Below are positions 41,466 to 53,324 of a stretch of 64,000 nucleotides of DNA, one piece after another. The stretch is from Pristiophorus japonicus (lineage: Eukaryota): NCBI RefSeq assembly GCF_044704955.1, contig NC_091982.1, positions 131,998,001 to 132,062,000 on the forward strand. Reading direction: 5' to 3'. The number at the start of each line of letters is the position of its first letter. Within the stretch, counting starts at the first letter, position 1. The position numbers were made by a program, and so were the translations under genes. Below the pieces are notes generated by a model. The model was not told the origin of the DNA and did no database searches. It worked only from the letters and a program-made list of their open reading frames with translations.

Positions 41466-44400
41466 TTATGAACAGAGTAGACACATTTTTCAGGTACAGA
41501 GGAGACACATTGTTTAGGTACAGAGTAGACATATTGTTTAGGTACAGAGTAGACACAGTGTTCAGGTACAGAGTAGACACATTGTTCAGGTACAGAGTAG
41601 AAACAGTGTTCACGAACAGAGGAGACACAGTGTTCAGGTACAGAGTAGACACATTGTTCAGGTACAGAGTAGACACGATGATCAGGCACAGAGTAGAAAC
41701 AGTGTTCAGGTACAGAGTAGACACATTTTTCAGGTACAGAGGAGACACATTGTTTAGGTACAGAGTAGACACATTGTTTAGGTACAGAGTAGACACATTG
41801 TTCAGGTACAGAATAGACACATTGTTCAGGTACAGAGTAGACACATTGTTCAGGTACAGAGTAGACACATTGTTCAGGTACAGAGTAGACACATTGTCCA
41901 GGTACAGAGTAGACACATTGTTCAGGTACAGAATAGACACATTGTTCAGGTACAGAGTAGACACAATATTCAGGTACAGAGTAGACACAATGTTCAGATA
42001 CAGAGTAGACACAGTGTTCAGATACAGAGTAGACATGATGATCAGGTACAGAGTAGACATGGTGTTCAGGTACAAAGTAGACACAGTGTTCATGTACAGA
42101 TTAGACACATTGTTCAAGTACAGAGCAGACACATTGTTCAGATATAGAGTAGACACATTGTTTGGGTACAGAGTAGACACATTGTTCAGGTGCACAGTAG
42201 ACACAGTGTTCAGGTACAGAGTAGACACATTTTGCAGGTACAGAGTAGACACATTGTCTGTGTACAGAGTAGACACATTGTTCATGTACAGATTGGACAC
42301 ATTATTCAGGTACAGAGTAGACACATTGTTCAGGTACAGAGTGGATACACTGTTCAGGTACAGAGTGGGCACATTGTTCATGTACAGAGTAGATACAGTG
42401 TTCAGGTACAGTGTAGACACATTGTTCAGGTATAGAGTAGAAACATTTTTCAGATACAGAGTAGATACATTGTTCAAGTACAGAGTAGAAAACGGTTCAG
42501 GTACAGAGTAGACACATTGTTTGGGTACAGAGTAGACACATTGTTCAGGTACAGAGAAGAAACATTGTTCAGGTACAGAGTAGACAAAGTATTCAGGTAC
42601 AGAGTAGACACATTTTTTGGGAACAGAGTAGACACCTTGTTCAGGTACAGAGCAGATACATTCTTCAGGTACAGGGGCGACACATTGTTCAGGTACAGAG
42701 CAGAAACAGTGTTCAGCTACAGAGTCAAAACATTTTTCAGGTACGGAGAAGACACATTGTTCAGGTACAGAGTAGACACAGTGTTCAGGTACAGAGTAGA
42801 CACATTGTTTATGAACAGAGTAAACACATTTTTCAGGTACAGAGGAGACACATTGTTTAGGTACAGAGTAGACACCTTGTTTAGGTACAGAGTAAACACA
42901 TTTTTCAGGTACAGAGGAGACACATTGTTTAGGTACAGAGTAGACACATTGTTTAGGTACAGAGTAGACACAGTGTTCAGGTACAGAGTGGACACATTGT
43001 TCAGGTACAGAGTAGAAACAGTGTTCACGAACAGAGGAGACACAGTGTTCAGGTACAGAGTAGACACATTGTTCAGATACAGAGTAGACACGATGATCAG
43101 GCACAGAGTAGAAACAGTGTTCAGGTACAGAGTAGACACATTTTTCAGGTACAGAGTAGACACATTGTTTAGGTACAGAGTAGACACATTGTTCAGGTAC
43201 AGAGTAGACACATTGTCCAGGTACAGAGTAGACACATTGTCCAGGTACAGAGTAGACACATTGTTCAGGTACAGAATAGACACATTGTTCAGGTACAGAG
43301 TAGACACAATATTCAGGTACAGAGTAGACACAATGTTCAGATACAGAGTAGACACAGTGTTCAGATACAGAGTAGACATGATGATCAGGTACAGAGTAGA
43401 CACGGTGTTCAGGTACAGAGTAGACACAGTGTTCAGATACAGAGTAGACATGATGATCAGGTACAGAGTAGACATGGTGTTCAGGTACAAAGTAGACACA
43501 GTGTTCATGTACAGATTAGACACATTGTTCAAGTACAGAGCAGACACATTGTTCAGATATAGAGTAGACACATTGTTTGGGTACAGAGTAGACACATTGT
43601 TCAGGTGCACAGTAGACACAGTGTTCAGGTACAGAGTAGACACATTTTGCAGGTACAGAGTAGACACATTGTCTGTGTACAGAGTAGACACATTGTTCAT
43701 GTATAGATTGGACACATTATTCAGGTACAGAGTAGACACATTGTTCAGGTACAGAGTGGATACACTGTTCAGGTACAGAGTGGGCACATTGTTCATGTAC
43801 AGAGTAGATACAGTGTTCAGGTACAGTGTAGACACATTGTTCAGGTATAGAGTAGAAACATTTTTCAGATACAGAGTAGATACATTGTTCAAGTACAGAG
43901 TAGAAAACGGTTCAGGTACAGAGTAGACACATTGTTTGGGTACAGAGTAGACACATTGTTCAGGTACAGAGAAGAAACATTGTTCAGGTACAGAGTAGAC
44001 ACAGTATTCAGGTACAGAGTAGACACATTTTTTGGGAACAGAGTAGACACCTTGTTCAGGTACAGAGCAGATACATTCTTCAGGTACAGGGGCGACACAT
44101 TGTTCAGGTACAGAGCAGAAACAGTGTTCAGCTACAGAGTCAAAACATTGTTCAGGTACGGAGAAGACACATTGTTCAGGTACAGAGTAGACACAGTGTT
44201 CAGGTACAGAGTAGACACATTGTTTATGAACAGAGTAAACACATTTTTCAGGTACAGAGGAGACACAGTGTTCAGGTACAGAGTGGACACATTGTTCAGG
44301 TACAGAGTAGAAACAGTGTTCACGAACAGAGGAGACACAGTGTTCAGGTACAGAGTAGACACATTGTTCAGATACAGAGTAGACACGATGATCAGGCACA

Positions 44401-45750
44401 GAGTAGAAACAGTGTTCAGGTACAGAGTAGACACATTTTTCAGGTACAGAGGAGACACATTGTTTAGGTACAGAGTAGACACATTGTTTAGGTACAGAGT
44501 AGACACATTGTTCAGGTACAGAGTAGACACATTGTTCAGGTACAGAGTAGACACATTGTCCAGGTACAGAGTAGACACATTGTTCAGGTACAGAATAGAC
44601 CCATTGTTCAGGTACAGAGTAGACACAATATTCAGGTACAGAGTAGACACAATGTTCAGATACAGAGTAGACACAGTGTTCAGATACAGAGTAGACGTGA
44701 TGATCAGGTACAGAGTAGACATGGTGTTCAGGTACAAAGTAGACACAGTGTTCATGTACAGATTAGACACATTGTTCAAGTACAGAGCAGACACATTGTT
44801 CAGATATAGAGTAGACACATTGTTTGGGTACAGAGTAGACACATTGTTCAGGTGCACAGTAGACACAGTGTTCAGGTACAGAGTAGACACATTTTGCAGG
44901 TACAGAGTAGACACATTGTCTGTGTACAGAGTAGACACATTGTTCATGTACAGATTGGACACATTATTCAGGTACAGAGTAGACACATTGTTCAGGTACA
45001 GAGTGGATACACTGTTCAGGTACAGAGTGGGCACATTGTTCATGTACAGAGTAGATACAGTGTTCAGGTACAGTGTAGACACATTGTTCAGGTATAGAGT
45101 AGAAACATTTTTCAGATACAGAGTAGATACATTGTTCAAGTACAGAGTAGAAAACGGTTCAGGTACAGAGTAGACACATTGTTTGGGTACAGAGTAGACA
45201 CATTGTTCAGGTACAGAGAAGAAACATTGTTCAGGTACACAGTAGACACAGTGTTCAGGTACAGAGTAGACACATTGTTCAGGTACAGAGTAGACACAGT
45301 ATTCAGGTACAGAGTAGACACATTTTTTGGGAACAGAGTAGACACCTTGTTCAGGTACAGAGCAGATACATTCTTCAGGTACAGGGGCGACACATTGTTC
45401 AGGTACAGAGCACAAACAGTGTTCAGCTACAGAGTCAAAACATTGTTCAGGTACGGAGAAGACACATTGTTCAGGTACAGAGTAGACACAGTGTTCAGGT
45501 ACAGAGTAGGCACATTGTTTATGAACAGAGTAAACACATTTTTCAGGTACAGAGGAGACACATTGTTTAGGTACAGAGTAGACACATTGTTTAGGTACAG
45601 AGTAGACACAGTGTTCAGGTACAGAGTAGACACATTGTTTATGAACAGAGTAAACACATTTTTCAGGTACAGAGGAGACACAGTGTTCAGGTACAGAGTA
45701 GACACATTGTTCAGATACAGAGTAGACACGATGATCAGGCACAGAATAGA
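41460..45750. repeat. About three copies of a 1.25-1.4-kb higher-order unit
   Basis: Marker GTAGAAAACGGTTCAG at ~42,485, ~43,900 and ~45,147 (offsets 1415, 1247); marker TTTTGCAGG at matching spacing. Confidence 0.85.
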
Positions 45751-46374
45751 AACAGTGTTCAGGTACAGAGTAGACACAGTGTTCAGGTATAGAGTAGACA
45801 CAGTATTCAGGTACAGAGTAGACACAGTGTTCAGGTACAGAGGAGACACATTGTTCAGGTACAGAGCAGACACATTGTTCAGGTACAGAGCAGACACATT
45901 GTTCAGGTACAGAGTAGAAACATTGTTCAGATAGAGAGTAGTCACATTGTTCAGGAATAGAGCAGACACATTTTTGAGATACAGTGTAGACACATTGTTC
46001 AGGTACAGAGTAGACACATTGTTCAGGTACAGAGTAGACACATTGTTCAGGTACAGAGTAGACACAATGTTCAGCTACAGAGTAAACACATTGTCCAGAT
46101 ATTAGATATCGGCAGTGTTCAGGTTCAGTGTAGACACAGTGTTCAGGTACACAGAAGGCACGGTGTTCAGGCACAGAGTAGACATATTCTTGTAGTACAG
46201 CAAGGAAACATTGTTCAGGTACAGAGTAGAAACATTGTTCAGGTAGAGAGTAGACTCATTGTTTAGGTACAGAGTACACACATTGTTTGGTCACATAGTA
46301 GACAGTTTTCAGGGACAGAGTAGAGACAGTGATCAGGTACAGAGTAGCTACATTGTTCAGGTACAGAGTAGACA

Positions 46375-47135
46375 CATTGTTCAGGTGCAGAGTAGACACA
46401 TTGTACAGGTACAGAGTAGATACATTGTTCATGTACAGAGCAGACACATTGTTCAGGTGCAGAGTAGACATTGTGTTCAGGTACAGAGTAGACACATTTT
46501 TCAGGTACAGGTTAGGCACGTTGTTCAGGTACAGAGTAGACACATTGTTCAGCTACAGAGTTGACGCATTTTTCAGGTACAGAGTAGACACCGCATTCAG
46601 GTACAGAGTCGAATCATTGTTCTGGTACAGATTCGACACATTGTTCAGGTACAGAGTAGACACAATGTTCAGGTGCAGAGTAGACACATTGTACAGGTAC
46701 AGAGTAGATACATTGTTCATGTACAGAGCAGACACATTGTTCAGGTGCAGAGTAGACATTGTGTTCAGGTACAGAGTAGACACATTTTTCAGGTACAGGT
46801 TAGGCACGTTGTTCAGGTACAGAGTAGACACATTGTTCAGCTACAGAGTTGACGCATTTTTCAGGTACAGAGTAGACACCGCATTCAGGTACAGAGTCGA
46901 ATCATTGTTCTGGTACAGATTCGACACATTGTTCAGGTACAGAGTAGACACAATGTTCAGGTACAGAGTAGACACATTGTTCAGCTACAGAGTTGACGCA
47001 TTTTTCAGGTACAGAGTAGACACCGCATTCAGGTACAGAGTCGAATCATTGTTCTGGTACAGATTCGACACATTGTTCAGGTACAGAGTAGACACAATGT
47101 TCAGGTACAGAGTAGACACATTGTTCAGCTACAGA
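46375..47135. repeat. 288-bp (12-monomer) duplication followed by 120-bp (5-monomer) duplication
   Basis: GGTTAGGCACG occurs twice 288 bp apart; GTTGACGCATTTTT...CACCGCATTC...GAATCATTG occurs three times (offsets 288, 120). Confidence 0.85.
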
Positions 47136-50100
47136 GTAAACACATTGTCCAGATATTAGATATAGACAGTGTTCAGGTTCAGTGTAGACACAGTGTTCAG
47201 GTACAGAGTAGACACAGTATTCAGGTGCAGAGTAGACACATTGTTCAGGTACAGAGTAGACACATTGTTCAGGTACAGAGCAGACACATTGTTCATGTAC
47301 AGGGTCGACACAGTGTTCTGGTACAGAGTCGAAACATTGTTCAGGTACAGAGAAGACGCATTGTTCAGGTACAGAGTAGACACAGTGTTCAGGTACAGAG
47401 TAGACACAGTGTTTATGTACAGAGTAGACACAGTGTTCAGGTACAGAGTAGACATATTGTTCAGGTACAGAGTAGACACATTGTTCAGATACTGAGTAGA
47501 CACAGTGTTCAGGTACAGAGTAGAATCATTGTTCTGGTACAGATTCGAAACATTGTTCAGGTACAGAGTAGACACAATGTTCAGGTACAGAGTAGACACA
47601 TTGTTCAGCTACAGAGTAAACACATTGTCCAGATATTAGATATAGGCAGTGTTCAGGTTCAGTGTAGACACAATGTTCAGGTTCAGTGTAGACACAGTGT
47701 TCAGGTACAGAGTAGACACAGTATTCAGGTACAGAATAGACACATTGTTCAGGTACAGAGTAGACACATTGTTCAGGTACAGAGCAGACACATTGTTCAG
47801 GTACAGAGTAGACACAATGTTCAGGTACAGAGCGACACTTTGTTCAGGTACAGAGTAGAAACAGTATTCAGATACAGAGTAGACACAGTGGTCAGGTACA
47901 GCGTAGACACATTGTTCAGGTATCGAGAAGTGACATTGTTCAGGTACAGCGTAGACACATTGTTCAGCTACAGAGTAAATACATTGTTCAGATACAAGAT
48001 ATCGGCAGTGATCAGGTTCAGTGTAGACACAGTGTTCAGGTACACAGAAGGCACGGTGTTCAGATACAGAGTAGAAATATTCTTGTAGTACAGCAAGGAA
48101 ACATTGTTCAGGTACAGAGTAGAAACATAGTTCAGTTAAAGAGTAGACACATTGATTAGGTACAGAATAGACACAGTGTTTGGGCACAGAGTAGACACAG
48201 TGTTCAGGGACAGATTAGAGACAGTGTTCAGGTACAGAGTAGCTACATTGTTCAATACATAATAGAAACATTGTTCAGGTCCAGATAAGTCACATTGTTC
48301 ATGTCCAGAGTAGACACGATGATCAGGTACAGAGTAGAAACAGTGTTCACGTACAGAGTAGACACATTGTTCAGGTACAGAGTAGACACAATGTTCAGGT
48401 ACAGAGTAGACACAGTATTCAGGTACAGAGTAGACACATTGTTCAGATACAGAGTAGATACAGTTTTCAGGTACAGAGTAGACACAGTGTTCATGTACAG
48501 AGTAGACACATTGTTCAGGTACAGAGTAGATACAGTTTTCAGGTACAGAGTAGACACAGTGTTCATGTACAGAGTAGACACATTGTTCAGGTGCAGAGTA
48601 GACACATTGTTCAGATACCGAGTAGACACAGTGTTCAGGTACAGAGTAGAAACAGTGTTCAGGTACAGTGCAGACACATCGTTCGATCCAGAGCAGTCAC
48701 ATTGTTCAGGTCCAGAGTAGACACGATTATCAGGTACAGAGTAGACACAGTGTTTAGGTACAGAGTAGACACAGTGTTTGGGTACAGAGTAGACACAGTG
48801 TTCAGTGACAGAGTAAAGACAGTGTTCAGGTACAGAGTAGCTACATTGTGCAGGTACAGAGTAGACACATTGTTCAGGTACAGAGTAGACACATTGTTCA
48901 ATACATAATAGACACATTGTTCAGGTACAGAACAGTCACATTGTTCAGGTCCAGAGTAGACACGATGATCAGATACAGAGTAGAAACAGTGTTCACACAC
49001 AGAGTAGACACAGTGTTCAGGCACAGAGGAGACACAATGTTCAGGTACAGAGTAGGCACATTGTTCAATACAGAGTAGACACATTGTTCAGGTGCAGAGT
49101 AGACACATTGTTCAGCTACACAGTAGAAGCAATGTTCAGGTACAGAGTAGACGCATTGTTCAGATACCGAGTAGACACAGTGTTCAGGTACAGAGTAGAA
49201 ACAGCGTTCAGGTACAGAGAAGACGCATTGTTCAGGTACAGAGAAGACGCAATGTTCAGGTACAGAGTAGACACAGTTTTCAGGTACAGAGTAGACACAT
49301 TGTTCAGGTAATGAGAAGACACATTGTTTAGGTACAGAGTGGACACATTGTTCGGGTACAAAGTAGACACATTGTTCATGTACAGGGTCGACACAGTGTT
49401 CAGGTACAGAGTAGACACAGTGTTGAGGTACAGAGTAGACACAATGTTCAGGTACAGAGTAGACACATTGTTCAGGTACAGAGTAGACACATTGTTCAGG
49501 TACAGAGCAGACACATTGTTCATGTGCAGGGTTGACACAGTGTTCAGGTACAGAGTAGACACAGTGTTCAGCTACAGAGTCGAAACATTATTCAGGTACA
49601 GGGAAGGCACATAGTTCATGTACAGAGTGGACTCATTATTCAGGTACAGAGTAGACACAGTATTCAGGTACAGAGTAGACACAGTGTTCAGGTACAGAGT
49701 AGACACATTATTCAGGTACAGAGTAGAAACAAGGTTCAGGTACAGAGTAGACACATTATTCAGGTACAGAGTAGACACATTGTTCAGGTACAGGGCAGAA
49801 ACATTGTTCATGTACAGGGTCGACACAGTGTTCAGGTACAGGGAAGACATATTGATCAGGTACACAGTAGATGCATTGTTCAGGTACAGAGTAGGCACAT
49901 TGTTCAGGTACAGAGTAGACACAATGTTCAGGTGCAGAGTCGACACATTGTTCAGGTACAGAGTAGACACAGTGTTCAGCTACAGAGTCGAAACATTGTT
50001 CAGGTACAGAGAAGACACATTGTTCAGGTACAGAGTAGACACAGTGTTCAGGTACAGAGTAGACACAGTGTTTATCTACAGAGTAGACACAGTGTTCAGG

Positions 50101-53100
50101 TACAGAGTAGACATATTGTTCAGGTGCAGAGTAGACACATTGTTCAGGTACTGAGTAGACACAGTGTTCAGGTACAGAGTAGACACATTGTTTAGGTACA
50201 GAGTCGAATCATTGTTCAGCTACTGAGAAGACACAGTGTTCAGGTACAGAGTAGACACATTCTTCAGGTACAGAGTAGACACAGTGTTCAGGTACAGAGT
50301 AGACACATTGTTCAGGTAATGAGAAGACACATTGTTTAGGTACAGAGTGGAAACATTATTCAGATACAGAGAAGACACAATGTTCAGGTACAGAGTAGAC
50401 ACATTGTTCAGGTACAGAGTAGACACATTGTTCAGGTACAGAGTAGACACACTTTTCAGGTACAGAGTAAACACATTGTCCAGATATTAGATATCGGCAG
50501 TGTTCAAGTTCAGTGTAGACACAGTGTTCAGGTACAGAGTAGACACATTGTTCAGGTACAGAGTAGACACATTGTTCAGGTACAGAGTAGACACACTTTT
50601 CAGGTACAGAGTAGACACATTGTTCAGGTACAGAGTAGACACACTTTTCAGGTACAGAGTAAACACATTGTCCAGATATTAGATATCGGCAGTGTTCAAG
50701 TTCAGTGTAGACACAGTGTTCAGGTACAGAGTAGACACATTGTTCAGGTACAGAGTAGACACATTGTTCAGGTACAGAGCAGACACATTGTTCATGTACA
50801 GGGTCGACACAGTTTTCAGGTACTGAATAGGCACATTGTTCAGGTACAGAGTCGAAACATTGTTCAGGTACAGAGTAGACACAGTGTTCAGGTACAGAGT
50901 AGACACAGTGTCTATGTACAGAGTAGACACAGTGTTCAGGTACAGAGTAGACATATTGTTCAGGTACAGAGTAGAAACATTGTTCAGGTACTGAGTAGAC
51001 ACAGTGTTCAGGTACAGAGTAGACACAGTGTCTATGTACAGAGTAGACACAGTGTTCAGGTACAGAGTAGACATATTGTTCAGGTACAGAGTAGAAACAT
51101 TGTTCAGGTACTGAGTAGACACAGTGTTCAGGTACAGAGTAGACACATTCTTCAGGTACAGAGTAGACACAGTGTTCAGGTACAGAGTAGACACAATCTT
51201 CAGGTACAGAGTAGACACAGTGTTCAGGTACAGAGTAGACACATTGTTCAGGTAATGAGAAGAGACATTGTTTAGGTACAGAGTGGACACATTGTTCGGG
51301 AACAAAGTAGACACATTGTTCAGGTACAGAGTAGACACATTGTTCAGGTACAGAGTAGACACATTGTTCAGGTACAGAGTAGACACATTGTTCAGGTACA
51401 GAGCCGACACAATGTTCGTGTACAGATTGGACTCATTATTCAGGTACAGAGTAGCCACAGTGTTCAGGTACAGAGTAGACACAATGTTCAGGGACAGAGT
51501 AGACACAGTGTCCAGGTACAGAGTAGACACATTGTTCAGGTACAGAGTAGACACATTGTTCAGGTACAGAGTAGACACATTGTTCAGATACAGAGTAGAC
51601 ACAATGTTCAGGTACAGAGTAGACACATTGTTCAGATACAGAGTAGACACAATGTTCAGGTACAGAGTAGACACAATGTTCAGGTACAGAGTAGAAACAT
51701 TGTTCAGGTACAGAGTAGACACAATGTTCAGGTACAGAGTAGACACAATGTTCAGTACAGAGTAGAAACATTGTTCAGATACAGAGTAGACACAATGTTC
51801 AGGTACAGAGTAGACACATTGTTCAGGTACAGAGTAGACACAATGTTCAGGTACAGAGTAGACATATTGTTCAGGTACAGAGTAGACACATTGTTCAGGT
51901 ACAGAGTAGACACATTGTTCAGATACAGAGTAGACACAATGTTCAGGTACAGAGTAGAAACATTGTTCAGGTACAGAGAAGACACAATGTTCGTGTACAG
52001 AGTGGACTCATTATTCAGGTACAGAGTAGACACAGTGTTCAGGTACAGAGTAGACACATTGTTCAGGTACAGAGTAGAAACAGTGTTCAGGTACAGAGTA
52101 GACACAATGTTCAGGTACAGAGTAGACACATTGTTCAGGTACAGAGTAGACACAATGTTCAGGTACAGAGTAGAAACAGTGTTCAGGTACAGAGTAGACA
52201 CAATGTTCAGGTACAGAGTAGACACAATGTTCAGGTACAGAGTAGAAACATTGTTCATGTACAGGGTCGACACAGTGTTCAGGTACAGAGTAGACACATT
52301 GTTCAGGTACAGGGAAGACATATTGATCAGGTACACAGTAGATGCATTGTTCAGGTACAGAGGAGACACAATGTTCAGGTGCAGAGTAGTCACGATATTC
52401 AGGTACAGAGTCGGCACATTGTTCAGGTACAGAGTAGACACAATGTTCAGGTGCAGAGTCGACACATTGTTCAGGTGCAGAGTAGACACAGTATTCAGGT
52501 ACAGAGTAGACACATTGTTCAGGTACAGAGTAGACACATTGTTCAGGTACAGAGCAGATACATTGTTCATGTACAGGGTCGACACAGTGTTCAGGTACAG
52601 AGTGGACACAGTGTTCAGCTACAGAGTCGAAACATTGTTCAGGTACAGAGAAGACACATTGTTCAGGTACAGAGTAGACACAGTGTTGAGGTACAGAGTA
52701 GACACAGTGTTTATGTACAGAGTAGACACAGTGTTCAGGTACAGAGTAGACACATTCTTCAGGTACAGAGTAGACACAGTGATCAGGTACAGAGTAGACA
52801 CATTGTTCAGGTAATGAGAAGACACATTGTTTAGGTACAGAGTGGAAACATTGTTCAGATACAGAGTAGACACAATGTTCAGGTGCAGAGTAGACACATT
52901 GTTCAGGTACAGAGTAGACACATTGTTCAGGTACAGAGTAGACACATTGTTCAGGTACAGAGTAGACACACTTTTCAGGTACAGAGTAGACACACTTTTC
53001 AGGTACAGAGTAGACACACTTTTCAGGTACAGAGTAGACACACTTTTCAGGTACAGAGTAGACACATTGTTCAGGTACAGAGTAGACACAATGTTCAGAT

Positions 53101-53324
53101 GCAGAGTAGTCACATTGTTCAGGTGCAGAGTCGACACATTGTTCGGGAACAAAGTAGACACATTGTTCAGGTACAGAGTAGACACATTGTTCGGGTACAC
53201 AGTAGACACTTTGTTCAGGTACAGAGTAGACACATTGTTCGGGTACACAGTAGACACAATGTTCAGGTACAGAGTAGACACGTTGTTCGGGTACAAAGTA
53301 GACACAGTGTTCAAGTGCAGAGTA

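Larger units (their letters stand above)
1..53324. repeat. 24-bp satellite array, consensus GTACAGAGTAGACACATTGTTCAG, ~2,200 head-to-tail monomers, continues left of the window
   Basis: Unit directly visible throughout and always in one orientation. The 8-aa periodicity (FRYRVDTL / VQVQSRHI / LYLNNVST / VPEQCVYS) in the ORF track equals 24 bp. Last recognisable monomer ends ...TTCAAGTGCAGAGTA at 53,324. Confidence 0.99.

Noticed and set aside
1-53324. CRISPR array or repeat-spacer system
   Set aside because: Monomers are contiguous with no unique spacers, no cas genes are present, and the context is eukaryotic (CR1 LINE).
1-53324. Immunoglobulin/TCR locus or diversity-generating cassette system
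   Set aside because: Heptamer-like words are present, but there are no V, D, J or C coding segments and no paired 12/23 signals. Monomer variation is explained by ordinary mutation plus block duplication.
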